NCBI RefSeq assembly: GCF_052425735.1
Contig: NC_135770.1
Location: 27,776,001-27,840,000 of the forward strand
Direction: 5' to 3'
Source of the DNA: Oculina patagonica
Lineage: Eukaryota
DNA length: 64,000 nt
In this document: positions 51,552-63,970 of the stretch, one piece after another
Layout: the number at the start of each line of letters is the position of its first letter
Position numbering within the stretch: position 1 is the first letter of the stretch
Program-made: the position numbers and the translations under genes
Notes under the pieces: generated by a model
Databases searched by the model: none
What the model saw: only the letters and a program-made list of their open reading frames with translations
Told to the model about the DNA's origin: nothing

Positions 51552-52410
51552 ATTATATGGCAATCCCAGTCCTAGGTAAATCAGAGCGTTCTGTGATTGG
51601 TTCTTTCTTCGTCGGGATTTTGCCATACGGACCGTTTCCATGAAAACGATCCAAGTCGTGTATCTTTTTTCGAAATCCGGCAAATTCATAATTTGCAACT
51701 AAACCTGCACAAAGAAAACGTGTACACACTCTCATTCTTCGCAAAAAAAACTACCTAACAGATTGATATTTTACAGAGCTTACAACATGGACGAAGAAAA
51801 CGTATATTCACCAAGCGAATTTTTAACGCATTATGCAAAAAATCATGAAACTTGTGTTGTAGAAATTGAAACACGCATCACCGAAAGCCAGAGGCCATAG
51901 ACTATTTTATAAACGAACAGAAAAGTATAAACACAAATAAGAAGACGGCTACTAATATGAACACTCTTCTCCGCTACATGGAAGGTAATGGTACGACAAA
52001 TGAAAGAATTGAAAGCCTACCTGGTTCTGAGCTTGACCAACTTTCCATCCAAATTTTTCACGCAGCGAATTTTTTATAAGCACACGCAGCAAAAAATGGA
52101 GAAGAGTAACAGGCCAGCGCCAATTTCCAATTTTCAGCGCAGCATTCAGCGATACCTGAGAGGAAATATCCATTCAACATACTCAACGACAATGAGTTTG
52201 AAAAATCGAGATCCAAAAGTACTAGCTGCGAAGTGCTAGTACGGCGAAGGAAACAACAACCTGCAATCCGCTCAGGCGATTGATCAAGACGACGAAGATG
52301 CTCTTTTTGAAGCGGGAGAATTTGGCGACTCCAATCCAGTTGCACTTCAAAGAACTGTCTGGGGGTTTTTGTCCTTACACTTCGGTTTAAGAGGCAGAGA
52401 CGAAGCCGGT
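51552..52410 (+). mobile_element. Decayed Crypton-type (DUF3504 tyrosine recombinase) transposon fragment
   Basis: Frameshifted peptides KNGEE, ISNFQRSIQRYL, DNEFEKSR, KVLAAK and LSLHFGLRGRDE (about 52370-52405), typical of CryptonA/ZMYM/KCTD1-like domains. Confidence 0.7.
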
Positions 52411-53271
52411 CCGTGCTTTGTTGTTGTTTTTTTCGAATTTTATCAAAGAGTACAAACGAAAATGTTAAATATAAAGTGCAGCGTGGTGGCGTCGAACCCT
52501 GGTCGTCCGACTGACGTATGAAGAGGTGTCTCCTGACCACCAACTTGTACGATCATGCAGGCCGTTCGTTAAGAAACATGACTCAAACTATTTCCTATAT
52601 GAAACTCGTCTTAGTTAAGATGATCACGTTATTGGGCAGAATTAGGTACGTAGTCCCTGGGTGGGTGGGTGGGTGGGTGGGTGGGGCGAGATAGCGGCCG
52701 TCATAGGAGATTTCCGCTGCTCTCTCGAGTCCGGTCTTTGGAGGAGCGCAGGCTCATTCCCCGAACAGCGGCTGGTAATTGAGCGTACTTTACACGCTAA
52801 CTCCCGATGTCTCCCGGGGGGGGGGGGGGAATCCTATATGAAACGGACGGGGATGCTCGTCGGAAATTTTGAAAAGTACCCCTAAAAGAGATCAATCTGG
52901 GTGTGACTCAAGCTTTTCTTGATCCCTAAAAGATACCAAAAAACTAAGAATATAATTTATATTTGAATATTTATTCGTGTGTAAACCTTAATGAGACCAT
53001 TATGGCTAAAAATATTGGTGTTTTGCCCGGAACACACTAAGTGAGACCAAGAATCCGAAATTTACACCTCTAAGCGAGACGACGAGCATCCCCGTCACTT
53101 TCATATGCGAGCCTCCCCCCCCCCCCCCGGCCAATTTCTCCCAAGATTTGAATTGTAAAGCGTATTTGAACATATCAGGCATGAAAAATGTGCTCAATAA
53201 ATGCATTACCACTGTCATTATTGAAAACCACTCTAAAACCCTGCTAGCTAGGTGTGCTCATGTTTTGTTAT

Positions 53272-53310
53272 GGACATAAACATCGTCGTTCGTTCGCATG
53301 AACCATTGTA
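53272..53310 (-). pseudogene. Relic of a further CHSY/GT31 first exon
   Basis: Reverse complement reads QWFMRTNDDVYV versus WFMRADDDVYV in copies C and D; nucleotide match to 50368-50402; surroundings decayed with stops. Confidence 0.6.
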
Positions 53311-53838
53311 CTTAAACGCATGTTTAAGCGACATAATTAATTAAATCACTCATTTTCTACCGGGTTATTAAGTCTATTCAGTTTCCAACTTTCTGATTCC
53401 TTCAACATCCCCAGATGCAAGAAGTGACTCCATTTTGATTGGAAAATTTTTAATTCAAGTATACACCTAATTGCAATAGGGTTGTCGTAGAAAAAAGTGA
53501 AAAAGTCCAATACAAAATAGTCAAATGGGAATTAATAATGCGCATGCATGAAATTTATTCGAAAAGATGGCCTTAAAATGCCTCCAAACTACGAATATAT
53601 CAATTTATTTTGTTGCAGCATAAAAAGAGTGGACTCAAAGTGTGCAGATAATACTGGTGAGTTTTCTGTAATGCTACCAGTTATGAAACTACGCCAATTT
53701 ATTCCTATTTACTTTTCTTCTTTTTTGCTTTTTCCTATGACAACGTTATTACAATTAGGTGTATGCGAACATTTAACGAATACATTACACAGATTACACA
53801 TCTAAAAAAACCTGGGTACCGTATTTATTATTATGAAA

Positions 53839-54127
53839 TAGAGGGGTTTTCACTTGAGTGTCGAAAGTAATTTGCGTTTGCTTTGGTTTTGCATTGCTAC
53901 GCTCAGTGATTGGTTTAAAAATCTCGCGCCACTTTCTCGTCCAATCAGAACTAAAACCAAAACCAATCGTGACTCGCTCGCGCACGTTTTCCCGCGCTTC
54001 GCGTCAGCTACATGTATTTGCTTCGAGTTTTGATTGGTTTACTGGATAGTTTGCGTCCTTAATTTGTGATTGGGCAGAGTGATAACTTTGGTTTTGGTTT
54101 TACGACACTCAACTGAAAACTGCTCTA
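53839..54127. mobile_element. MITE
   Basis: tagaggggttttcacttgagtgtcg...cgacactcaactgaaaactgctcta inverted ends. Confidence 0.8.
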
Positions 54128-54252
54128 TACCCACAAAACAAACTAAAAATGTAGGACGCGATACCTTGCGCTGAATAACGTACAAGCTCGTATAACTAAT
54201 CTTAGACGGTATCTCACGCATTACATATATACGCGGCGCCTTCAATATTTCT

Positions 54253-54466
54253 TTCCACAGAAAAGCTGTTCTTCATGCACTTTCCAGCTGGCTGAGAAAA
54301 AAAATTCAACCCATCTGGCTGGCCGTGTTTTTTGTAATCAGCAGTTTTCTTGCTTTCTAAAGTATAACCATGTAAAATTTCATAAAAATCTAATGACTGG
54401 TTCGTTAGAAATCGTGCGTTTTCTCGGCCAGCTGGGAAGTGCATGAAGAACAGCTTTTCTGTGGAA
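54253..54466. mobile_element. Foldback/MITE with about 45-bp inverted repeats
   Basis: ttccacagaaaagctgttcttcatgcactttccagctggctgagaaaa ... ttttctcggccagctgggaagtgcatgaagaacagcttttctgtggaa. Confidence 0.8.
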
Positions 54467-55087
54467 CAGCTCCGTTTTGTCCTCCTGTTTTACAGCACAG
54501 GTCATTATTGTACATACTGCTTGTAAAATAAGCAAACCACTACAAAATATATATTTGTCGCTTTACTCGGTTTTCCATTAACAAGCTCATTTTCTCTTTG
54601 TACTCAAAAACATCACTGACTTATTTTCATTTTCTCTTTGCCTGATTTGCAATAACATATCTTCTTTCGCTGAAATGGGCTAGATCAAACGACGCGACAC
54701 ACATGGCTATTTTTCTACGTTTTTCTAAACTTGAGTCGCTTAATTTTTTTAGATCCCAGAACTTTTCACTTGTACGTGACTGACTCGCCCATTCTATAAG
54801 AGAAAGTCTAGGGTCGAGAATGGTCGCTTTCAATTCCAATAGAAGTACAAGGCGCGTAATGCGCATGCGTACAGGTCTGCTGTTTGTCACTAAATCACTT
54901 ATTATAATTATTATTATTGCCTTACAAATTAAACCATGAAGAGTTTGTAGAGCATTCACTCAAAAACGTCATTTCTGTGCCGAGTTCCGAGAAAGCTACC
55001 TACTTGATTTTAGAACTGTCAATCTATAGTCAGGTTATGTTCGATTGGCTCCATTTAACTGCTTGAACTAAATTACAGCTTCTTTTT

Positions 55088-58000
55088 TTAATTATGTATT
55101 ACATTCTGAAAGGAGAGCATAGCTCTGATAAGTGACTCTTGAGAGGCTCGTCCAGAGGCTTTTGAACCTTGGCACATAAACAGTTTTCGAGCTGGAAGGT
55201 TTGGATCACAGTTTACGCGATGATAAACATGTATTAGACCAGGATCCGCTGCGCGAAACACCTCAATATCTATGTGGTTTACAAATCTCTCATACAGATC
55301 CACGTCTTCCAATCCCCAGCCTTTAATGCTGGTGTCAAACCCTCCAACAGCATCCAAATCTTGATGGTAAATACACGCGGGTCCGTACGAGTATGACCTC
55401 CAAATTCCTGCATCTTTGTTAATGGTAAAGTGCGTGCCTGGCTTGATTTTGTTTTTGTATGTTAAATCAGGATCAAACTGACTAAACATTATTGGAAAGT
55501 AAACTCGTTTACCGAGCGCCGTGTTCATTCGGCAGCGATCAATAAACTCCGAGTTAAAGATCAAGTCAACATCACACAAGAATAACAGAGCTGTTTGATC
55601 AAATTTATCGGCTGCGAGAGAAAGGGCTGTCCCGCGGGAAAAGTTACCCGAAACATCAAGCCATATAAGCTCTGCTTGGGGGTATTTATCTTGATATTCC
55701 TTCATTATAACTTTGTGTTCATGAGGAGAAGACACAAAGGAAGAATATGCGACTACCAGCTTAACTCTCTGAAGTATTTTGAGGCAGACCAATTCAAAAT
55801 TCTTCATGAAACGTCGAAACGTTTCCAGACGCTCAGCCAAGGGGACAATAAAGTGTACATAAGGGGGCATGTCGTCAACGGGCTCAGTTTTGTATACCAA
55901 GTTTCCAAACGGCTGTTGGGTAAAAAAGCGTCTTCTTTGTGAGGGATAAGTAAATCTCCTGCCACCAATTGGGTTATTGAGTTGTATCTTTCCGTTGACT
56001 GTTACTTCTACGATTTGTTGTAAGCCGTATAGCGGATGAATACGCCTATAGCCATGATTTAATTTCTGAACCTTCAGCTTTTTAATATTTTGATTCTTCC
56101 TAGCTTCTTCATCTACAAGTTCCTTTGTGTTCTCCAGTAAATTGTTTACTTCAATCTTGAATGCTCTGTTGGGTGATTTTAAACTAGTTTCAGTGGAAAA
56201 CGATTTTGTCGTAAACATGTCCCATTTTTCAATGTTATTTATGGCCAACTGATGATGGAAATCTCTTTCATCCTGAAGGCTTCGTTTCTCTTGAAGAGAG
56301 AGTTCGTTGCCATTTGCTTGAAGCAGTCGATCCATGTTCCTTAAAACCCGTTGGAGCTTAACTGCTTTGTGTTGAAGATCTTGAATGCGTTCGTTCATAA
56401 AGTGCGAGTGGAGTCGGTACATGTAGGCAGGTTGTTTAACAGGGTGAAGAGTAATGGCTTCATTAATGATCTTTGTGTTCAGGTCACCTTTAAACATTGA
56501 TCCATTACCAGTGTTATGGTGAACGAAAATAGTACTCATCTGAAAGAAGCAATAGGCCAGATAATTAATTAATTAGGAGCTCTAAGCCTCAAATTGGCAG
56601 AGCAAAAGTTTTTTATTGACAAAATCACAGCAACATAACAAACAAGGATGATTTTCGTGCATTTTAAATGACACTTTCACACAATTTGAGATAAACTTGA
56701 AAAAAGTCGGGCCGAAGTTTTTCAAGTTTACCCGAACGCAATCCGTTTTAATCTTCTCGAATTTTGCCCACCCATGCCCCTTTTTGGCCTTTCTGTGTTT
56801 CTTTTGAGTTCTTCAACAGTTTTAAGCCGTTATTGTGATATTTCAATCAATTCTTCGACAAGTTGGTCAGTGCCAAAGTTGCCTAAAATTGCGTGACATA
56901 GCCCCTTTATTTGCGATTATTTTACTTTTAACAAGAGAATATTCTCTTGCTTTAAGGTCATTTCATCGAAATGGAATTTACAATAGATTTTCGTTCAAAC
57001 TTTGTCTATTGGTTGGTAACCTTAAAATGTAATAAAAAACACTAAAACTTTATTTCAGCATGAGTATCAAAGCTGTTTAGTTTTTTTGCAAACTTAAATT
57101 TTGAAATAAAAAATGGAAGATCCTGGTATTCGTTAAGGGACAGGGATCCCTTTTTATACCCCATCAGATTCCAGAAAATATCAGCTTCTACAAATATTTT
57201 TTTGTTCACTATAAGTTTCATGGGAGCCGAAAAAATGGGAGAAAGCAAAACGTGAAATATGACAAATGATCTCAGTACTGCATCGACACTATGAGGTATC
57301 GTGACTCCCAGTAGTGGAACATGTATTGCTTTCTGTGGAGAGCGTAGACAGTACTTTTGACTCAGTGAAAATTGCATAAATAGTCCCAGCTGGTGGTACA
57401 AATCATAGAAGATCGGCAAATTCACGATCTTATTTAATATTCCAGCTAGTTTAAAAGGAACAACAGCGCGAACTGATTGCACTCAAATTAGGCCAGACTA
57501 TAGTGCAAAGGCTGTTCTTGCAAGGGACGAGTTCTCCGATGAAAGCGAGTCAAGAAAGTATGTTTTTTCAGCTATATTTCAGAGGCGGTACCCGCTTCTT
57601 TGAGGTCAAAGTTGCACGCCTTGTGTAAATAATTGAATTCTGTACACGAGTCGAAAACTTTGCATATGGACCTGCTCTCGCACGCTTCAAATCGCCAAGA
57701 AAACGTCATTTAAAAACTGAAACAATGCGAAAATATTTCAACTTCATTTTATTACAAATACACAGCCGTAAAAAGCAGATTTTTAGGAAGCTTAAATATT
57801 AACAATAGCAATAAGTGAAGAAATTTGAATATTCAAGAGGGCATTCTGTGACCTCACAAACCAAGGATGGTAAGCCTGTGGTACGCCTATCATTTTACCA
57901 GCACTCAAGTGAACCCGGGTTTACACGGGCAATTATTATGTGACAAATATATTTGATGGTGTAGATGAAACAACAGTTATTTGTCAGCAGCTCAAAGTTT

Positions 58001-60281
58001 AGTGCGCCATTAGTGACCTTGGACAGCAGAGATACACATACAGGAAGGGCTGGTAGGGCTATAGCCCTACCACTTTATTGGTTGGGTTGATATTTTAGGG
58101 CTCATGAAAAGGATGATGTAATATATAGCTATAGGCAAGCCTAAAAGCGGAGCTCCACATTTATTTAAAAAAGACCTTAATGGAAAAAAACTAAACCTTG
58201 CCCATGCGGAATCTATCGAAACTGCGTTCAGAAAATAAAAACATCATGAAATTTTCTGTCATAAAATCAGTCCCAGCAATTCAGTAGGAGGTGGTTATCT
58301 TGCATCAGGGTCCTGTATCTTTCTTCAGCGGACTTGATCTATGTAGTGCTTGGCTTCGTTTTAACACAATCATTTGCTAAAGTTATTATATTCTCGATGA
58401 TGACAGCCGCAGATTCAACAGCAAACAACAGATACAAGCAAACTGGACTTACACAAGGAATATCATTCGCAATTATTTCGGTCTCCTCGTAAACAATTTT
58501 CGTTTTCCACAATTTCACGGACTGATATAGATTACTTTTGAGGACATCTTGGGAGAAAGAATGTTCTCTGTCGCTCTTTTTATTCGCGGTCTCATTCAGC
58601 CTACACGACAAACACCGTACAACAAATTTTCCTGCGTTTTCATATCATAACTTCGTTGTGACCTAACCTAACCGAAGAGCGAAGTATCGTTTATTAAAAA
58701 ACTATTACACTTAACAGTCCTTGGACTAAATTACGTGTATTATTACAATTTTATAAAAATGTATAAAAACTATATATATTACAGGATTTAAAAAATATTA
58801 AAAGCTATTTATATTAACGTCCACATCACCCAGTCGATAGAAAATAACGTCAATCACTCGTTGTACGGTTAAGAAATATGCGACCAGAGACCAATAAAAT
58901 TAAAATTTAACCGTGTAGCGATTGAACGAGAGCCACAATTTTTTTGCGTAAAGGCGCATCGAGGTTTCGACTCCCTCACACTTGAAAAAAGACAAACAAA
59001 ATAGAGCAGTTGGATAATAAACCTCTCAGATCTTTTGCTGTGTAGTGTCGCTGAGTAATTTTACCCGTTGTCCACATTTTGTCTTGCCCTGCGAGCTTTA
59101 TTTGCTTTTTATAATTTCCTTTCTTTTCTTTAGCCACGGGCGGGAAACCTCCTCGTTCCTAATCCGTGCGTACGTAAGGGGGTGGCGGCGACCCCCAAAA
59201 TTTCTCGGCTCGATGAATAACCATTTGCTTATGGATGCTCCGCTCGCGCGCGCCTTCGGCGCGCGCGGGAACCCCGCTATGAATTTTCGCATGATAAATA
59301 GCGGGAAAATGACACCTAATGCTTGTTTGTCTTAGCCAGCTTTTTAGCCCTACCACTTCAAAATGGTCTCCGCGGTCCCGGACATAAAAGCTAACATGCC
59401 AGCTTGTCAACAAATGTATTTGTCACATAAAAATCGACCAATTTTTCTCATCTACAGGAGAAAATAAAAATTGTCAAATAAAAATTTTCATATAAAAATT
59501 GCTCGTGTAAACGCGCCTTTAAACTCAGTCATAATTAGCAGCTTACCTCAAAAGCCTGAGTGCAGGAAACTCCAGCATAACGTCGTATACAATTGCCAAG
59601 CTCAATATCTTCATGCATGTGTGCCTTTGGTGCTGTTTGAAGACAATGTTCAAGATGTGGACCAACTTTTCTCAACACACTTTGGCTCAATATCACACCC
59701 AGTCCCCCCATGCAATAGTTCTCTCCGGGTGACAAGTTAAGCATTCCTCTTTCTTCTTTCTTGCCGATTCCTGCATGCCCCAGGTAGATATCATCGGAAC
59801 TGTTTAACGAGCGTAGGAAGCGTTCTAACTTGTCATTTCGAACGTAAACATCGTCGTCCGCTCGCATGAACCATTCGTATTCGTCGATGTGATGATCGTA
59901 CATGTGTTTCACCATCATTAGCGACTTTTTTAGCGGTGGAAACGAGTCATCTACATCGGGTAAACTGACCACTGGCGCTTGAAACGTTTTAGGAGTCGCG
60001 CCGGAACTTGGGAAAAAACTCAATTTACCCACAACGTTCCTGCCCCATGTATCAAACACTGCTTTAGCTCGAGTCTCCAAAAATTTCTCAGCTGTCATCA
60101 CACCAACAAAGATAAATTGACGGTTTCCAAGATTAATCTCATGCGGCTTTGTCAGTGTTCTTGGTCCAAATATTCTTGTATAAATCAAATGACATCGATT
60201 ATTCCGCACAAACGACGTAATCAGGAAACCAACAATCAGTCCGGACAGAAATAAAATGCATTTTCGAAGCGCTCGCTCCAT
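55088..60281 (-). CDS. CHSY1: Chondroitin sulfate synthase 1-like, copy D (about 728 aa)
   Basis: Exons 60281-59547 and 56539-55088; phase-0 intron GAG|gtaagc...tttcag|ATG; motifs as in copies A and C. Confidence 0.92.
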
Positions 60282-60977
60282 CTGAAGGAAAGGCTGTTTT
60301 TGCTCTAAAAGGGCGGGGAACAAATAGTGTAAAAAAGCGAAATGTGTTATAAAAAAGCGATTGTGTTATGGACATTTATGCCCCGGGATTATGCCATATT
60401 TAATACTTTCTTGATACCTTTAGCTTCATTTTTGTCCCCATTCAGACTACGCATGTTACTCTTGAGAATTATTTTCGTTCAAAGAGCCGATTCGCACTCG
60501 GGGACAAGTGTTGAAATGTCCTGGCATTTTGAGAAAAAAAATGTTGCAACAAGTTGTCAGATACATCTTGAAGCCGGAACAAAAGGTGAAATGACTAGTA
60601 CAATAGCTTTGCACCTGCTCCGGACATCTTGGTTTATTTCTCAGTCGCTTTATGCAAAGCAAAAACGCGAAATTAACAAATTCTGTCTTTTGGGATAAAT
60701 TTGTTTGTCTTACTCAGCATTACACAGCCACATAAATTTGAAGGGTTGGGCATTATGAAGGCTTCACTTGTGGCAATTTAGATCGCAAAACAACGGAATA
60801 CTGTAAAACAATTCAGTTTTTTTCTCATAACATTTTCCGCAAAGAGAAAAAAAAACATCGGTGATGTAAACATCAATGCGTTAATTTGTTCTTGAAACTT
60901 GAGGTCGCGCATAAATTCTCAGAAAAAAAAACCACACACAATGGCCAATCAATAACGTATTGTTTCCGGGAGTCACA

Positions 60978-61452
60978 ATAATAATAATAATAATAGGTTT
61001 TTTAAAAAACTCCCCCAATGGGGCTTTTCAGTGATATGTACAACATGAATAAAAATAAAAATAAATTAAAAATCGATATATAATTCTATTTATAATTCTA
61101 CTATCCTCTTGAAGTCGTTAAAATTCATTGATAGTTTTAGACTATTAGACTGGTAATTGCCCGAAAAGCAAAAGATTTTTTCCCTGTACTAGTTTTGAAT
61201 AGTGGGATCTGCAGCTTTTGGCAGTTGCGTGTGGATCGCCCTGTTGCCTGTTCCCAAGTTGTGAAAAGTTTAGTAAGATATTCGGGGGCACAGCCCGCCA
61301 TACACTTAAAAGTTAATGTGGCTCCGCGCAGGTACAGCTGTTGCTTAAATGGCATCCAGCGCAAGTTCTTGAGTGCTGGGGTGATATGGTCGAATATTCT
61401 CACGCCGCAGCAGGTTCTCGCTGCAAAGTTTTGGACTAGTTGCATCTTTTCA
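60978..61452 (-). mobile_element. 5'-truncated L2/CR1-group LINE 3' end
   Basis: LQLVQNFAAR...FDHITPALKNLRWMP...FKCMAGCAPEYL...RSTRN...SFAFRA is the typical post-RT C-terminus; followed by a 3' UTR and (TTA)n tail. Confidence 0.85.
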
Positions 61453-62485
61453 AGGGACATGGGAATGCGGATTTTCCTGACATTTTTCCCGCCTTCGGGC
61501 AGGACAATGGTAGCCTGCGGTACAGACGGGGTTTAGTTCGTCTGCAAACGTGACGCACGGGCTAGACAAGGTCAGACAATGGCTCCTTTGAAGTTTTTCC
61601 CGTTTTGACAAAATCTGTCCCAGTCCAAACAAGTCGTGATGACGTGCGATCACCTTTTTGGTTTGACAAGCAAAGCCACGTGATCAAAATCGCTGACGGT
61701 TGGCGCCGAAATCAACTGTTACACGCGTCTCCGAAAAAAAACAGTCTACCTGTTTCGGTATTAACCGCGCTACACACAAGCAAATGCAATTGACTGCGAT
61801 CCTTTTGGTCAGCACCAGCGCGTTCAATCACCGCTGTCCGAAAACGCGCAGGCTCTGGGAATGAGATTGAATCCTTCACTTTGCACTGAAGACAGTCACT
61901 GACAAATATAGCTTTGTACGTAACCAGGAGCCCATTACCTGGAGCGTGCAACTTTCGTATATTTGTGCAACGGCGTTTTCACGTATAAGTAAAGTTATTT
62001 TTAGCTAAGCCTTTAATTCCCGCGAAAATTACTGCTTTCGATGAAGTCAGCCGACTACTTTGCGAGGAGACTCCCAGGGGGTTCAGGATCACGCTTTGAC
62101 AATTTGGTCAAAATGGCGGCGTCAAAATTATAAAGATTTGTATGAAACTTTATAGCAAAAATTTATATCGAAAGAAAATATAACAAACAGCTAGTAAAGT
62201 TCACATTTTACATCATATGTTGTCCATGTGATGTTTCTTGACTGTTATAAAGCATTCAAACCTATTCTCACTGAATAATTAATTAACGCATCATGAAACA
62301 ACTATTTAAATACTCCGCGGTCCCTAGGGATGCATTGCTGCATTGCGGGCTCCCCGTATAAGTAGAATAGACCGCGTGGCTTTGATTTCACTGTGTCACA
62401 GCGACCGCCGAGCTAGACGACGGATCAAGGTTCGCTTGTCTTTTTAGTTTGTCAACCAACACCAGCTCGTCTTTCGTTCCTTTCA

Positions 62486-62611
62486 ATGGCGGAACCGGCG
62501 GGAGAACTACCTCCTTTGGCGGCAGAACCACCCGCAATTCCTGAACCGGCAGCAGAACCTGTGGCAGAGCCTGTTCTTGAACCGGTTGCTCAACCGGCGG
62601 CGCCTAATCAG
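62486..62611 (+). CDS. Candidate first exon (Pro/Ala/Glu-rich) of an unidentified gene or retroelement ORF
   Basis: Good-context caATGGCG; MAEPAGELPPLAAEPPAIPEPAAEPVAEPVLEPVAQPAAPNQ ends at cag|gtaac; TATA-like tataag at about 62357. Confidence 0.45.
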
Positions 62612-62964
62612 GTAACATTCAGTTTTTTAGTGCGTTTCTTTCGTCTATGGCTTTGGCTACTCGTTTGTAGGACGCGTTTTCATATCGTTTCTACAGCATT
62701 TTTTGGGTTGTTTGTTTTCCTAGTTTCGCTAGCACTTTGCTTAGCATGTTTTCATGTTGCACGTGTCCCTGGGGCTTTTGTCGGCGTTTTTTTAGTATTT
62801 TGCTTACTCGGTTCGTTCCAGCTTGTTTCCCAGGCGTTTTGGTTCGTCTCTTTCTTGTTATCTACTCTATAGTTGCCGGTTCTGCTCCGGGACCTCTTGT
62901 TTCGTTTTATAGGGATTTTTTATAGCGTCCTTGGTCTTGTTTTTGTCTTTAACAAATACTTTTG

Positions 62965-63970
62965 TATAAACGGTCCGGGACCGTTCGGCTCCGGGAGCCG
63001 GTGTTGTTTTTTAACGATATATTTATTGTGTTTGGCTCCGGGAGCCGGCGTTTGTTTTGAACGAAGTAGTCACTTGTAAACGGTCCGGGACCGTTGTTTG
63101 GCTCCGGGAGCCGGTGATGTTTTGTACGAAATATTTATTGTGTAATCGGTCCGGGACCGTTCGGCTCCGGGAGCCGGTGTTGTTTTTTAACGGGATGTTT
63201 ATTGTGTAAACGGTCCGGGGCCGTTCGGCTCCGGGAGCCGGTGTTTGTTTTAACGAAGTAGTCACTTGTAACGGTCCGGGACCGTTGTTTGGCTCCAGGA
63301 GCCGGTGATGTTTTGAACGAAATATTTATTGTGTAAACGGTCCGGGACCGTTCGGCTCCGGGAACCGGTGTTGTTTTAACGAGATATTTATTTGTGTAAA
63401 CGGTCCGGGACCGTTCGGCTCCGGGAGCCGGTGTTTGTTTTGAACGAAATAGTCACTTGTAAACGGTCCGGGACCGTTGTTTGGCTCCGGGAGCCGGTGA
63501 TGTTTTGAACGAAATATTTATTGTGTAAACGGTCCGGGACCGTTCGGCTCCGGGAGCCGCTGTTGTTTTAACGAGATATTTTATTTTGTGTAAACGGTCT
63601 GGGACCGTTCGGCTCCGGGAGCCGGTGTTTGTTTTGAACGAAATAGTCACTTGTAAACGGTCCGGGACCGTTGTTTGGCTCCGGGAGCCGGTGATATTTG
63701 AACGAAATATTTATTGTGTAAACGGTCCGGGACCGTTTCGGCTCCGGAAGCCGGTGTCGTTTTTAACGAGTTATTTATTGTGTAAACGGTCCGGGACCGT
63801 TAGGCTCCGGAAGCCGGTGTCGTTTTTGAACAAGATATTTATTGTGTAAACGGTCCGGGACCGTTGTTTGGCTCTGGCAGCCGGGGTTGTTTATTGTGAG
63901 TCAGTTTTGTTTTTAAACAAATAATTATTTGTGTATACGGTTCGGGTCCGTTTCGGCTCTGGGAGCCCGG
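62965..63970. repeat. Tandem array of about 16 monomers (63-66 bp), each with two palindromes, with trimeric higher-order structure
   Basis: Core aacggtcc-g-ggaccgtt plus cggctcc-g-ggagccg, separated by AT-rich linkers; linker agtcacttgt recurs at about 63068, 63260, 63451 and 63645. Confidence 0.95.

Noticed and set aside
31874-55942. Recurrent antisense ORFs (MIKFIGCERKG...) at 31874, 41659, 47270 and 55595 as a separate gene family
   Set aside because: They are reverse-strand shadows of the duplicated CHSY exons.
59245-59267. GC hairpin cgcgcgcgcc-ttc-ggcgcgcgcg as a terminator or ncRNA
   Set aside because: Intronic, no U-tract, eukaryotic context; probably part of a small repeat.
62965-63970. 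CRISPR array (palindromic repeats with spacers)
   Set aside because: The linkers are related to each other and recur in a 3-unit cycle instead of being unique; no cas genes are seen and the context is eukaryotic.
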